A stretch of DNA of 64,000 bases from assembly GCF_006345805.1 (NCBI RefSeq), contig NC_043000.1, forward strand, positions 154,504,001-154,568,000, read 5' to 3'. The notes below the pieces were generated by a model. It ran no database searches. It saw only the letters and a list, made by a program, of their open reading frames with translations, and was not told where the DNA came from. Of the stretch, positions 39,298 to 53,029 are shown piece after piece (positions within the stretch are counted from its first letter, which is position 1; each line of letters begins with the position of its first letter). The translations under genes and the position numbers were made by a program. This DNA comes from Octopus sinensis (lineage: Eukaryota).

Positions 39298-39303
39298 ATT
39301 ATA

Positions 39304-39350
<47 letters not shown>

Positions 39351-39382
39351 CTATATAATATATATATATATATATATAATAC

Positions 39383-39908
<526 letters not shown>

Positions 39909-39913
39909 ATATA

Positions 39914-40318
39914 TGAGTGGCTGTGTGGTAAGTAGCTTGCTAACCAACCACATGGTTCCGGGTTCAGTCCCACTGCGTGGCATCTTGGGCAAGTGTCTTC
40001 TGCTATAGCCCCGAGCCGACCAATGCCTTGTGAGTGGATTTGGTAGAGGGAAACTGAAAGAAGCCTGTCGTATATATATATACATATGTATATGTATGTG
40101 TGTGTGTCTGTGTTTGTCCCCCTAGCATTGCTTGACAACCGATGCTTGTGTGTTTACGTCCCCGTCACTTAGCGGTTCGGCAAAAGAGACCGATAGAATA
40201 AGTACTGGGCTTACAAAGAATAAGTCCCGGGGTCGATTTGCTCGACTAAAGGCGGTGCTCCAGCATGGCCACAGTCAAATGACTGAAACAAGTAAAAGAG
40301 TAAAAGAGTAAAAAGAGT
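39914..40318 (+). mobile_element. SINE family B
   Basis: Matches 13237-13659; first bases lost in (TA)n. Confidence 0.9.
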
Positions 40319-40758
40319 ATATATAATTTCAACAATATTAAGGAATGGCCCTAATAGGCCATTCGACTCACTAGAAAGAGCAGCCAAAGCTCAAACCGCT
40401 AAGTAGTAGTAATTCAGAAATCAAAGGAAAATTAAAAAACATTTACCCTAATTATCTTTGAACAATGCATTGTTTTGACGTACTTTATGGCAAACCAGCC
40501 TAATTAAATTAAATTAAATTTAATCAAGTCAATTTACCAATGGCTCGTCTCATCGGCAAAGAAGCCAGGAGGAATAAATATTCACGAGGCAGCAGCATCT
40601 ATGCTTCGGGAATATATACTCTAAATTTTCAAAATCTACCGTAATCGCACCAACTTATCAGCAGCAAATATAAACTGCTGATTTAATTTCAGAATTAGTC
40701 AAAAAATCATTAATTAATCAAAAAATTTCTATTGAATTTTTTGCTACCCTTATATTGA

Positions 40759-40825
<67 letters not shown>

Positions 40826-41149
40826 ATATTCTATACGTTATTTAAAGCAGCAGAAATTCAACAAAACCTGTTACTCTGAGTTTCCCGTTGCCGCTCATCG
40901 GACAGTTTTTGCTAGAATATATTATATATATATAATTATATATATATATATAGATAGATAGATAGATAGATAGATAGCACTATTTCGTCTGCCGTTACGT
41001 TCAAATTCCGCTGAGGTCGACTTTGCTTTTCATCCTTTCGGTCGATAAAATAAGTACCAGTTACGCTCTGGGTTCGATGTAATCAACTTAATCCCTTCCT
41101 CCAAAGTTGAGGCTGTGTGTTTCCAGTAGAAACGATCTCTGTGTATATT

Positions 41150-41219
<70 letters not shown>

Positions 41220-42210
41220 ACACACACACACATATATGTTTTATTGCCATTTATTTAAGAGTATTATAAAGTTTGGTAAAATATTTTTCTGGGAACGAAT
41301 TACGATTTATAACATTGCTACAATGGGAAATTATTGCTCTGCTTTACGAGTTCTCGTTTTTCTCTGGCAACAAATTAAGTTGTTTATCGACGCATTACTG
41401 TATAGTGTCTGTTTGTCTGTCTGTCTCTCTGTCTTTCTCTGTCTGACCTGACTACCCGCTTCTTTCTCTTGTGAAGTGTGTTGAAATACACCTGACACGC
41501 TTCAAGCAATTCAGAAGAACAATATGTGTTGGTTATGAAGTTATTCAGTTAAATTCTCTGGTTACCCATTCAGATTTTTCTCAGTTTCAATTGATTGGCA
41601 TGTGTTGTGGGAAGGGTGTCCGGTTCCCTGACCTCGTAACTGCATGTTGGTATGTGGAAAATATTTTTCTTAGCCGCTTCCCGTCCAAATAACAGGAACG
41701 AGAGAGAATGTGACATATTTGAGAAAAATAACTTCGTATGAAAGAAAGGGCTGCTAAAAATGTAAAATGATAAACAGCTAAGCATTCGGCATGTCAAATA
41801 TACAGTCCGATTTCGATTCCCAGACAAAGAAATTTCTCTTTACTCGCGTTATTGATACTGTTGGAAAAGGTTTGCAATAATTTGTAATAGAGACGTGCTA
41901 AGACGTCATTACGAATTCTAAACTCTTAACCCCGATTCTGTACTAGAAAATACGTGTTTTGTTCATCAGGGAGAATAGTAATATTAGCTTACAACTACTA
42001 GTTTCGTATCATTTACACTCGCACACACCTACACACACACACAAACACACTCACACATACACATGCACACACACATATACACACACATATATATATATAC
42101 ATTTACTTATACGAATGTTATATATATATATATATATATATAAAGAGGTTTGTATTATATTATTCAAAGGAATTCCAGCTCTGTCTGTTTTTTTATGTTT
42201 TATTTATATT

Positions 42211-42626
42211 ACTCTTTTACTCTTTTTACTTGTTTCAGTCATTTGACTGCGGCCATGCTGGAGCACCGCCTTTAGTCGAGCAAATCGACCCCGGGACTTA
42301 TTCTTTGTAAGCCCAGTACTTATTCTATCGGTCTCTTTTTGCCGAACCGCTAGGTGACGGGGACGTAAACACACCAGCATCGGTTGTCAAGCAATGCTAG
42401 AGGGACAAACACACACACAAACATATACACACACATATATATATATATATACATACATATATACGACAGGCTTCTTTCAGTTTCCGTCTACCAAATCCAC
42501 TCACAAGGCATTGGTCGGCCCGAGGCTATAGCAGAAGACACTTGCCAAGATGCCACGCAGTGGGACTGAACCCGGAACCATGTGGTTGGTTAGCAAGCTA
42601 CTTACCACACAGCCACTCCTACGCCT
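42211..42626 (-). mobile_element. SINE family B
   Basis: Reverse copy. Confidence 0.9.
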
Positions 42627-42803
42627 ATTCTTCATAATATTAATGTAGAATATAGAATATATAGTATAAATAGTATATATAGTAAAATGAAATGAAGTAT
42701 TGATTGTCTTATTAAATAGATGAAATATTGAATATCAAATATTTAGGGACTAGTATACTTTCTTGCATTTAAGCAGTCTTCAAGGTCCCAGGTTGTGACA
42801 GGA

Positions 42804-42829
<26 letters not shown>

Positions 42830-42842
<13 letters not shown>

Positions 42843-43207
42843 GGCAGTTTGTCTGTGTGTGTTTCTGTGTGTCTGTTTGGTTGTACCCTCACCCTGACCA
42901 CTGCTTTCAACCGATTCTGATGAAACTTGACACACACATAGCCCAATGTCATAATTCAAAACTAACGCAGCGAAAATTTTGAAAAGTTCCCCCAGTTCTG
43001 AAAAAAATCGATAAATTCGACATGGGGTCGAGAATCAGAAACACAAACCACAGACTGTCTAGGGGACGCAACTCGGCCTTTTTAACTCTCAAAAAAAATT
43101 TACCATAATTTTTTTCCATTTTTTTGCTATTTTTTGGCTATAACTCTCTAAAAATGCTTTATAGTTATTTCCCTTACAAACCGAGCAACGCCGGGTGATA
43201 CTGCTAG
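42830..43207 (+). mobile_element. Non-autonomous Helitron
   Basis: TATATATAAA...GTCTGTGTG start; subterminal GC-rich CCGAGCAACGCCGGG followed by CTAG-T. Confidence 0.75.
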
Positions 43208-43954
43208 TATATATATATATATATGCGCGCGTGTGTGTGTGTGTGTATGCACATTGAGGCAGAAAGAAAAAAACGGCGGGAGAGAGGTGGCGGGAGGGAG
43301 AGAGAGAGAAATGAATAGTGAATTAGTAAAGTTGGTTAGAATGCCTTACATCTGTGCACACTTTCAGCGCTGAGTTCAAATCAGGCCTGGGTCAACTTTA
43401 CCTTTCATCCCTTAAGATCCATACTAGATGTAATTCAGGATATACTAATTTCTCTTTTAGGTATTTTGTAATATATAAAGATTCATTAAATATCACAAAT
43501 AATAATTAGAACTTAATGATTATTTATATAATTAGAACTTAATAGTTATTTATATAACTTTGACAAGAGGCAACAACCTTGAAACTGCAGTCCGTGCGTA
43601 TCACTTAGGCTTACGAGAAAGGGATGGCCTCCCTTTGCAAATACCATAAGGGCACAGATAGTGTGCCTAAAGCCAGCTGGAGACGATGATCTCATGGGTC
43701 TAAAAGCTACAGTAACACCCACCCTTTGTGGTTAGCCATATTGAGATGGCTATTATACTTTACATTGTCGAGCGGTTACTGTTTACATCTCGTTCAGAGA
43801 TTTAATAATGCTTTGAGTATTAATAAGTTATTTATTATTGTTGATGTGTATAAATTAATAACTTGTGAAATTTCATGGTTGTTTAATTCTACAATATTCT
43901 TTTCTACTCTAGGCACAAGGCTCAAAATTCTTTTGTGGGGGTGGGGGCAGTCGT

Positions 43955-44502
43955 GACATACTTCTGAAGTGACATACTCTTGAACCTTACCCATCGAGTG
44001 AAGATGCTTCTCTATAGCAGTGTTGGAGCATTCCATTTTCTCTACCAGTTCCCTTGTCGTTTGACGAGAATTTTCGTGTAGAAGTTGGTTTAATCGCTCT
44101 TCATCGAACTCAACTGGACGGCCAGAACGAGGTGCATCTTCGAGGTCAAAATTTCCATTTTTGAATTTGGCATACCTATCACGAGCGGTTCTTTCAGCTA
44201 TGGCACCTTCTCCATACACAGCACAAATGTCGCGAGCAGCTTTTGCGGCCTTGGAACCTTGATTAAAAGCAAAAAGAAGGCGGTGTCAAAAATGCTCGCT
44301 TTTCTTAACTTGACATTCCATTTTAATGATCTGAAAATAAACAAAAATTAACTAAAATTAACTAGAAAAACAAACAAACAAAATAGATTCCAAAATAATT
44401 GATAAATAGAATTCTCAAAAAAAAAAAATAGATTCCAAAATATAAAAACGCAATATATTCCAAAATTTCAGAAAAACGGCGGGAACTTAGTTGCTAACCC
44501 AA
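43955..44502 (-). mobile_element. mariner 5' half (TIR plus HTH-coding part of the transposase), truncated
   Basis: TA-TTGGGTTAGCAACTAAG terminus; ATG at 44321 followed by a premature stop; ...VYGEGAIAERTARD...FDLEDAPRSGRP...QTTREL; no DDD domain. Confidence 0.9.
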
Positions 44503-44982
44503 TACATTAAAAATCTTATACTCAGCAATAAATACACCCAAAGCTATTTAACTACATGTGTCTCTTTAAATTAATACATTCACTGAATGTAACCCTAATT
44601 TGTAGGGTAATACAGTCATTCCTACTAATGCTTATAATAATAGACATCAAGCACTATTTAGAAATCCCACTACCTGGTCATCTGGTGAAGATTCTATGAC
44701 AAAATTGTTATATTATCACCTCACGTACTCCACATAATATATGTGGTAGAGATATAAAGTATTTCTAACCATTCTTAAAATATAAGAATATTCCTCGTAT
44801 AAATTCTTGGTACTCCTCCTTTTTAACTGAACTTTCTTCCACTAATGGAAGAAATCACACTATTAAACAGTACATACATACATACATATATATATATGTA
44901 TATATATATGTATATATATATGTATATATATATATATATATATGTATGTATATATATATATATGTATATATATATGTATATA

Positions 44983-46556
44983 TCTCTATATATATAAAAC
45001 TGAGAATGTGTGTGTCTGTCTGTCTGTGTGTTTCCCTAAAACTTGAGAACTACACAACCAATTTCATTCAAATTTTACACATGCCTTACTTAGGGTCCAT
45101 GTAGTTTCATGGGCAAAAAAAATGTTCAACTTCTTGCCTAGAGCGAGCCCATAGCAATATCATATCTTCTCTACTATTTCAGTATTACGTGTTAAGAGTG
45201 AAACAAAAACATTTCTCTATTTTATGTCAGATACTTTCACTTTAACAATAAAAATAATAATAACAATTGAATTATATGTAGTAAGTAATAATTAAAATCA
45301 AACTAAAGTATAATATAATCGTAACATAACAAAAGTAAAAATAGCAATTGGTATAAAATTGCATCAATGACTTGAACTTGAATAAGTGGTTTCACATGAA
45401 TGGGAATAAATTTAAAATAAAATTAGCGTTCAGAAATGGAATAGTCTAGATGAAGGTGTGCTTTTACATTAGATTATCTGCTAATTAGCTAGCATTAAGT
45501 ATCTATATGGAGTTTGGCTGTATGTAATATCTGTTTTCTCGAACAGCCGCTCCTACAGAGTACTGCTGTTGGTTTATTTCTTATACATAAAGGACTAAAG
45601 CTTTAACTGCTTACTGCTTTCTGATTCATCGTAAGGTTTGTTGTTATTATTATTACTGTTTAACTATTGTTATCACGTTTGTTGGTTCCTCGTAAAGGAA
45701 ACATTGTTGTGTTGCATTTGTTAAATAATTGTAAACTGTAACCCTCCCCCTTTGGGAGAAGGAGCTTTGGTTATTGTTTAAAAATTGAATTGTGTCCCTG
45801 TTTGGGGAAATTGACAATATTTTCACCGTTTACACGAGAGCATTTTTGTTAGAATGCCTTCGATAGAAGAAAGTCCAAAAATGAATTTCGCTGCAGCCGT
45901 CGGCGGGCGCGAACTCATTGAAATTAAAATGGAAGAAATACGGATTGATCACCGACAAAGACGGTGAATCTAGGATAACACCACCAAACGAAATAAAAAA
46001 TTAAATTAAAGAAAAGACTATTGTCTATAAAGTATACAATATAGAGAAAAAAAAAGATTTGAACACCTGGAGGAAAGCACCATCAAAAAGTGTCTTGGTG
46101 CGACTATGAAAGATATCTAACCAGAGGCGGTAAATTCGCCACAATAGAAGTAAGGTTCGAGTCAACGGAGCTGTGCAAGGGAGTATTCGACTCGAACCTT
46201 GCAAAGTGTAAATATTTTATTTTCGACCTTTATATCTGGGACGTAGGACGTCCCGGATAAAAATTAAAATGCCCCCCCCCCCCCCGAAGTAGAGGTTGGC
46301 TGGATTGTAGCCACACTTCTATACAAGAGGGAGGACAAGATACGATTGATCGAAATTGCAAGAGACGAGCCTACAATTCCATTCTGTTATATATTTTGAG
46401 TATTGTTATCACTAGCGATATCAAGATATAACTTTGTATTTTGTATTTTATGTGTAGATGTATATATATAGATGTACATGTAATATGTACACATATATAT
46501 ACACATATATACATGCAGTAGTACTATGACCCGGCAACGACGGGTCATAATGCTAG
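44983..46556 (+). mobile_element. Non-autonomous Helitron, ~1.57 kb
   Basis: A|TC(TC)TATATATATAAAACTGAG start; perfect hairpin TATGACCCG-GCAACGA-CGGGTCATA then CTAG|T. Confidence 0.75.
45975..46385 (+). pseudogene. Degraded Tx1 ORF1 homolog fragment
   Basis: KTIVYKVYN, IKKCL, RGGKFATIEVRFE, LYLGRRTSRIKI and PEVEVGWIVATLL align in order to ORF1 35116-36672. Confidence 0.85.
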
Positions 46557-46558
46557 TA

Positions 46559-46594
<36 letters not shown>

Positions 46595-46664
46595 CATGCA
46601 TACTTACATACATATATATATATATACATACATACATAAATACATATATACATATATACATATA

Positions 46665-46703
<39 letters not shown>

Positions 46704-46758
46704 ATATAATATATACATACATGCATACTTACATATATATATATATATACATACATAA

Positions 46759-46793
<35 letters not shown>

Positions 46794-46844
46794 ATATATA
46801 TGTGTGGTGTGTGTGTGTATGTATGTAAGTATGTATGTGTATAA

Positions 46845-46952
<108 letters not shown>

Positions 46953-47344
46953 CATATCAAAAATAAACACAGCAAAGATATTAATGTGAAAGCTATCTAA
47001 AAGTTAATACATTCATCAGTAGCAGAATATATATGGAGTTTTAAGTCAATGGTTATAGATTTCAAACTGCACTGAAATGTTACAGCTGAAGTGTTTTGTT
47101 ATAACTGAAATGTTACAGCTACTACTCCAACATATAAGGATAATAGGAAGGAATGTTGGCAATATAAACTCGAAGCACTTAAAACATACGATCACTTACA
47201 GAACAGAGAGAACGAGACTGCAATTTCAAGTGTTCACAAAAATTTGAAAACGTTTAAATGTTATAAACCGACTACCAAATAAAATTTTCAGTAAATAACA
47301 ATTAGGAACCCCCAAAACATCTTGCTTTTACATTTTATAAAATA

Positions 47345-47705
47345 CTAGCAGTATCGCCCGGCGTTGCTCGGGTTTGTTTCGACCCTTTAGAATTGGAATT
47401 TTTAAAAAGGAAACATTTTGCATTATGTAGCTTGTTATTCTCTTTAAGTGAACATTTTTATTGGTTGAAATACACCGAAAAATGGCGACACAGTTGTCAA
47501 AAATATGGATTTTCATAGAAAAAAAGCGCCTTTTTGATGTAAATAATTTTTGGTGTTAACATGGTCCGATTTGAATTTTATCTTCTTCTATCATACTCTC
47601 AATTTTGGTCAACTTGCGCCGCAGGGTCTCGGAGAAGATAGTGTTAGTTGAAGGCTACCAAATCTGCCATACATAGACAACTTCAGCTTTATATATATAT
47701 ATAGA
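47345..47705 (-). mobile_element. Non-autonomous Helitron
   Basis: Minus strand A|TCTATATATATATATAAAAGCTG ... CCCGAGCAACGCCGGG CGATACTG CTAG|T. Confidence 0.85.
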
Positions 47706-48008
47706 TTTAAATGCAACGACATACTAATTACTAATCACTTTTCCCTATTCAGCTGAACTCACTCTTCACGTTATAGTAAATGTTAAATGGATTTCTCTAC
47801 ATTGCCTCGTATGTGTGGATTGTTAAAACTATGTATTCATCTGAAGAATTGCTTACCTTAATCAAAAACGTTACTTTAATTGGAAATTATAGATAATACG
47901 TATATTCGTGTGTGTATGCATGTGTCTATATATCATCAGCTCGTCCCTCGAGTCCGAGGATTGATTTCTTCTCTTAATATTTGGACCATTCTAACTGCCC
48001 CCACCTGC

Positions 48009-48940
48009 AAGAAAATTCTAACTGGCCCCACCTGCAAGGTCATGTGCTGTTTATCTTGATATGAGATCCCCATGTCGCGCGGTTTGAATAATTCACTTTT
48101 GGAAACATGGGTGTTTCGTTCATCATCCTAAAGTAACCCTTATTCAGGGACCTTTTGAGCAGGATGGGCTACTCGACCTGAAGAAAATTCTAACTGGCTC
48201 CACCTGCAAGGTCATGTGCTGTTTATCTTGATATGAGATCACCATGTCGCGCGGTTTGAATAATTCACTTTTGGAAACATGGGTGTTTCGTTCATCATCC
48301 TAAAGTAACCCTTATTCAGGGACCTTTTGAGCAGGATGGGCTACTCGACCTGAAGAAAATTCTAACTGGCCCCACCTGCAAGGTCATGTGCTGTTTATCT
48401 TGATATGAGATCCCCATGTCGCGCGGTTTGAATAATTCACTTTTGGAAACATGGGTGTTTCGTTCATCATCCTAAAGTAACCCTTATTCAGGGACCTTTT
48501 GAGCAGGATGGGCTACTCGACCTGAAGAAAATTCTAACTGGGCTCCACCTGCAAGGTCATGTGCTGTTTATCTTGATATGAGATCACCATGTCGCGCGGT
48601 TTGAATAATTCACTTTTGGAAACATGGGTGTTCGTTCATCATCCTAAAGTAACCCTTATTCAGGGACCTTTTGAGCAGGATGGGCTACTCGACCTGAAGA
48701 AAATTCTAACTGGCCCCACCTGCAAGGTCATGTGCTGTTTATCTTGATATGAGATCCCCATGTCGCGCGGTTTGAATAATTCACTTTTGGAAACATGGGT
48801 GTTTTCGTTTCATCCCTAAAGTAACCCTTATTCAGGGACCTTTTGAGCAGGATGGGCTACTCGACCTGAAGAAAATTCTAACTGGCCCCACCTGCAAGGT
48901 CATGTGCTGTTTATCTTGATATGAGATCACCATGTCGCGC
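48009..48940 (+). repeat. 172-bp tandem repeat, five full copies plus a partial
   Basis: AAGAAAATTC at 48009, 48181, 48353, 48525, 48697 and 48869. Confidence 0.95.
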
Positions 48941-49062
48941 ACACATGGTTGTGATGCATGTGCTTTGTGTACCCTTATCAGACGGGTAGTCATGATGGGT
49001 ATACTGGGCTTCGTATATTTTACCCCAGTGTCACTTTGATGGCATGCACTGCTCTCTCACTC

Positions 49063-49113
<51 letters not shown>

Positions 49114-49130
49114 TATTAATAATAATAATG
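48940..49130 (+). mobile_element. Probable LINE 3' end with (TAA)n tail, clade undetermined
   Basis: Unique sequence continues from the last repeat unit to CTCTCTCACTC(AAT)n. Confidence 0.5.
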
Positions 49131-50724
49131 GAATCTTGTAAAACAAATACATGCATACGTAAGCAAACACACACACGCCCGCACACTTGCCCGCACACAC
49201 ATACACGCACCCCTCCCACACACACATGGAAATTGTATTTTTAAGGAAATTGTTTTGGCTGTCAGCAATGAATAATAACAAAAGCACGCTGCGTCGCTAG
49301 AATGCTTTAGTTTCTCTTGATTATTGAGGTCAGTAAAAACCCATCCCTCAAACTGGATAATGCTTATAACTCGCCATAGTTAAGTACATGGAGCAATTGA
49401 AGCAGCATTGTAGAAATAACGTAACAAATTTGTATCCTTTTTGCCTACTGAACACGTTAAGGGTTTATTATCTTTCGCTCTATTGTACATATAAGGACAG
49501 ATGATGATGAATATATTAATGTATATTACGATTCATCAACGCTCCCAAAAGTATTCAACAACAGCTGAGTTGTCCTTTTTTGAAGGTGTGGATGTAAAAA
49601 AGGCACTTAACTGTTAACTGTCAGCCCACTTTGTTGCAAATAAAGATCAGAATACAAGGGGTCGACATAAGTTGCCGATCCAAATAGCAGCAGAGTAATA
49701 TTGATACATCGACTCCAGTACTTCATTGGTATTTATTTTATTGACCCCGAAAAGATGAAAGGCAAAGTCAACCTCGTCGGAATTTGAACTCAAAACATGA
49801 AGACGGACGAAATGTCACTAAGCATTTTTCCCAGCGTGCTAACGATTCTGCCATGTCGCTACCTTACAGAAGTGTAATATCAGTTTCAAATTTTGACACA
49901 TCGCCAGCAATTTCGGGAGAGAGTTTAAGTAGATGACATCGACCCCAGTGTTCAACTGGTACTTTTTTTTTATCTATCCCGGAAGTATGAAAAGCAAAGT
50001 CGACTTCAGCAGAATATAAAGACGGACGAAATGCCGCTAAATATTTTGGCCGGCGTGATAACGATTCTGTCAGCTTGCTGCCTTCCTTGATGTGTATTTT
50101 GAAATGTCCAATTGTTTGTTTCCCTATGCTGTTTACTTAGATTCATTCCTAAATGTATTAGCACTCTGTACAAGCTGAATTTAGGCATCATTATTACATA
50201 CGATTAAAAACCAATAAATGTAACGATAAAATGAGATGATTATCTTTTTTTTATTCTTTTATCTATTAACTTGATACAATCATTAGACTGCGGCCATGCT
50301 GGGGCACCGAAGCCTGGTGCATATTCAATCGGATCTCTTATTGCCGAAGCACTAAGTTACAGAGACGTAAACAAACTACTTCCGGTTGACAAGCGCTGGT
50401 ATGGTGGGTGTAAATAAAATGATACGTACACACATACATACATACATTGTGTGTGTGTGTGTGTGTGTACAGAGAGAGAGAGAGAGAGAGAGAGAGGCTT
50501 CTTTCAGTTTTCGTCGACTAAATCCACTCACAAGGCTTTGGTCAACATGGGGTTAAAGTAGTGGCACTGAATCTGGAACTATGTAGTTAAGAATTAAACT
50601 TTTTACCACACAGCCACACCATCGTAAACATACGAACGAGGCGGCCTTAAAATATGTGAAACCTGTTGGTGATGTACCGAGATGTTCTTAAATTCAACAG
50701 GCCCTGCATTTTAACGGCATAGCT

Positions 50725-51135
50725 GATGTGGTAAGTAGCTTGCTTACCAACCACATGGTTCCGGGTTCAGTCCCACTGCGTGGCATCTTGGGCAAGTGTC
50801 TTCTGCTATAGCCCCGGGCCGACCAATGCCTTGTGAGTGGATTTGGTAGACGGAAACTGAAAGAAGCCTGTCGTATATATGTATATGTATATATATATGT
50901 GTGTATGTGTGTGTTTGTGTGTCTGTGTTTGTCCCCCTAGCATTGCTTGACAACCGATGCTGGTGTGTTTACGTCCCCGTCACTTAGCGGTTCGGCAAAA
51001 AGAGACCGATAGAATAAGCACTGGGCTTACAAAGAATAAGTCCCGGGATCGATTTGCTCGACTAAAGGCGGTGCTCGAGCATGGCCGCAGTCAAAATGAC
51101 TGAAACAAGTAAAAGAGTAAAAGAGTAAAAAGAGA
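50725..51135 (+). mobile_element. SINE family B
   Basis: Matches 13237-13659. Confidence 0.9.
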
Positions 51136-51540
51136 GATTGCAATACAAACATACGCAACGGCTCACCTCATTCATTTACACAATCGTAAGAATTAACTTC
51201 CTGGCCGGAACTGAATGACATTGACTTTTCCTATTTGGCCACTGTTCTGATCTCAATTTGTATCCCATCTCCTATAGTAGTGACCATACAGAACTGATGA
51301 ACGAATTTAAAGTGGAGCTGACGTAAGCATTTACGTCCCACACATTTTTTCAACGAGTTCTTGTAGTTTATTGTACACTCATTCACATTTATGCATAACA
51401 AATATTGCACTTTTCCCTTACAACCACCCACAGACCCACGCACGCACACACATAACTTCTTTTATCTTTTATTTCTTGTTTTAAGTCTTTGGATTGCGGT
51501 CACGTAAGCAAACCAGCATCGATGGTCAAGTGGTGGCGGG

Positions 51541-51576
<36 letters not shown>

Positions 51577-51949
51577 TGTATACATACATACTTATATCCA
51601 TATACATCTGTATGTGTGTATGTTATCTCTCTCTTCTTATATATATATACGTACATACACACACACATTTATAAATATATATATGCATTGTTAAGTTATA
51701 AGGCATCAAAAGAGAATGACTCTCCCCAGACACAACAGAATATACTTCAACACACGAACTCACATAAAGAATCTGGCAAACCAAATCCCAAAACGAAATA
51801 TCTGAGTATTTTTGTATGAAACAAATTGTACATGAAAAATAAAAACTATAATCCATTTTAACATCTAATCTCCTCCATTACATAGATATGAATATATTTG
51901 TTGAACTGTGTCTAATAAGTTAAATCATATACTGTTTATTTCTGTCTCT

Positions 51950-52049
51950 NNNNNNNNNNNNNNNNNNNNNNNNNNNNNNNNNNNNNNNNNNNNNNNNNNN
52001 NNNNNNNNNNNNNNNNNNNNNNNNNNNNNNNNNNNNNNNNNNNNNNNNN
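51950..52049. other. Assembly gap (100 N)
   Basis: Direct reading. Confidence 1.
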
Positions 52050-53016
52050 AAAATTGTGGCAATAGTGCTTTGCGCATTTCTCAATGTGCTCACTAAAAGG
52101 TATCATTCTATTCTGGGAATGCAATCTGTTGTCGATGCAGTGTGCATCTGCGCCTGAGTGATAGTCCGTGGAACCCACGTAGTCTTGGTGGCAGCCCGAG
52201 CATTTAATAACATAAATTATGTTTTCAGAGGCACCAAGTAAAGTTAGATTTGATCTTAAATTTCTGTCCCTCTTTAAAGAAAAATTCTGATCCTTCCAAT
52301 AGGTTAGGACATGTTGCACAGTTCGATCTACCACATTTTTTTACTTTTGCATCCGTAATTTTAGAAGAACAGGTTTGCCTTTGTGAGAATCTTTTTAAGT
52401 GATTTAGGCTGTTGTAGCTTTTAATGATTTGGTGTATGTTTAGAATTTCCTTTAATTTTGGGTTTTATGAAGTATTGGTAAATTCTGGGTGATGATGGTG
52501 AAGGCTTCTTTGTTTCTGGGGTGTATGTAGATATGTAAGGTAGTATTTTTCGGGGAAGGTGTGTTGTTGTGTTGAAACTTTTCTTAAAGTTTCTATGTTG
52601 ATTTCTGTTGCACGTCTGATCCCATCCTCTATGAGTTGAGCTGGGTAATGTCTGTCAATTAGGGTGTTTTGAGTTCTTGCAGTCTAAAGTTCCTGGTATT
52701 TTGTTCTGACACTATTGTGCATATCCTTCTTGCAGGTTGAAGGGGTGTTTGTTTTAGTGTGTCTTGGGTGGCATGAATAAAAAGAAGGTATTGTTGGCGT
52801 CTGTGGCTTTGTAAAAAATGTCTGTTCTATTTTAAGGTTAATTTTTTAATTAGTATATCCAAGAACGGGAGCTCCTTTTGGTTGTATTCCATTGTGAATG
52901 TATATTTGGGTTTATGCTGTTCAATAGGTTTTTAAATTTTAGGAGTTTATCTATGTTTTCATTCCAGAGAATGAACAATCGTGAGGAATCGTTCCAATTT
53001 CTCTTTTATGTATTGA
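52050..53016 (-). mobile_element. Inverted 3' partial copy of the Penelope-like element
   Basis: Reverse complement of about 54434-55420 (NIIYVIKCSGCHQDYVGST is present in both). Confidence 0.9.
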
Positions 53017-53029
53017 GAGAGGGAGCCTG

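Noticed and set aside
48009-48940. 172-bp unit as a retrozyme (minus strand ...CUUUAGGA UGAUGA AC GAAAC ACCCAU GUU UCCAAAAG)
   Set aside because: Stem I-like pairing exists, but C3 is missing, there is no stem II and the triplet is GUU; this is not a valid hammerhead core.
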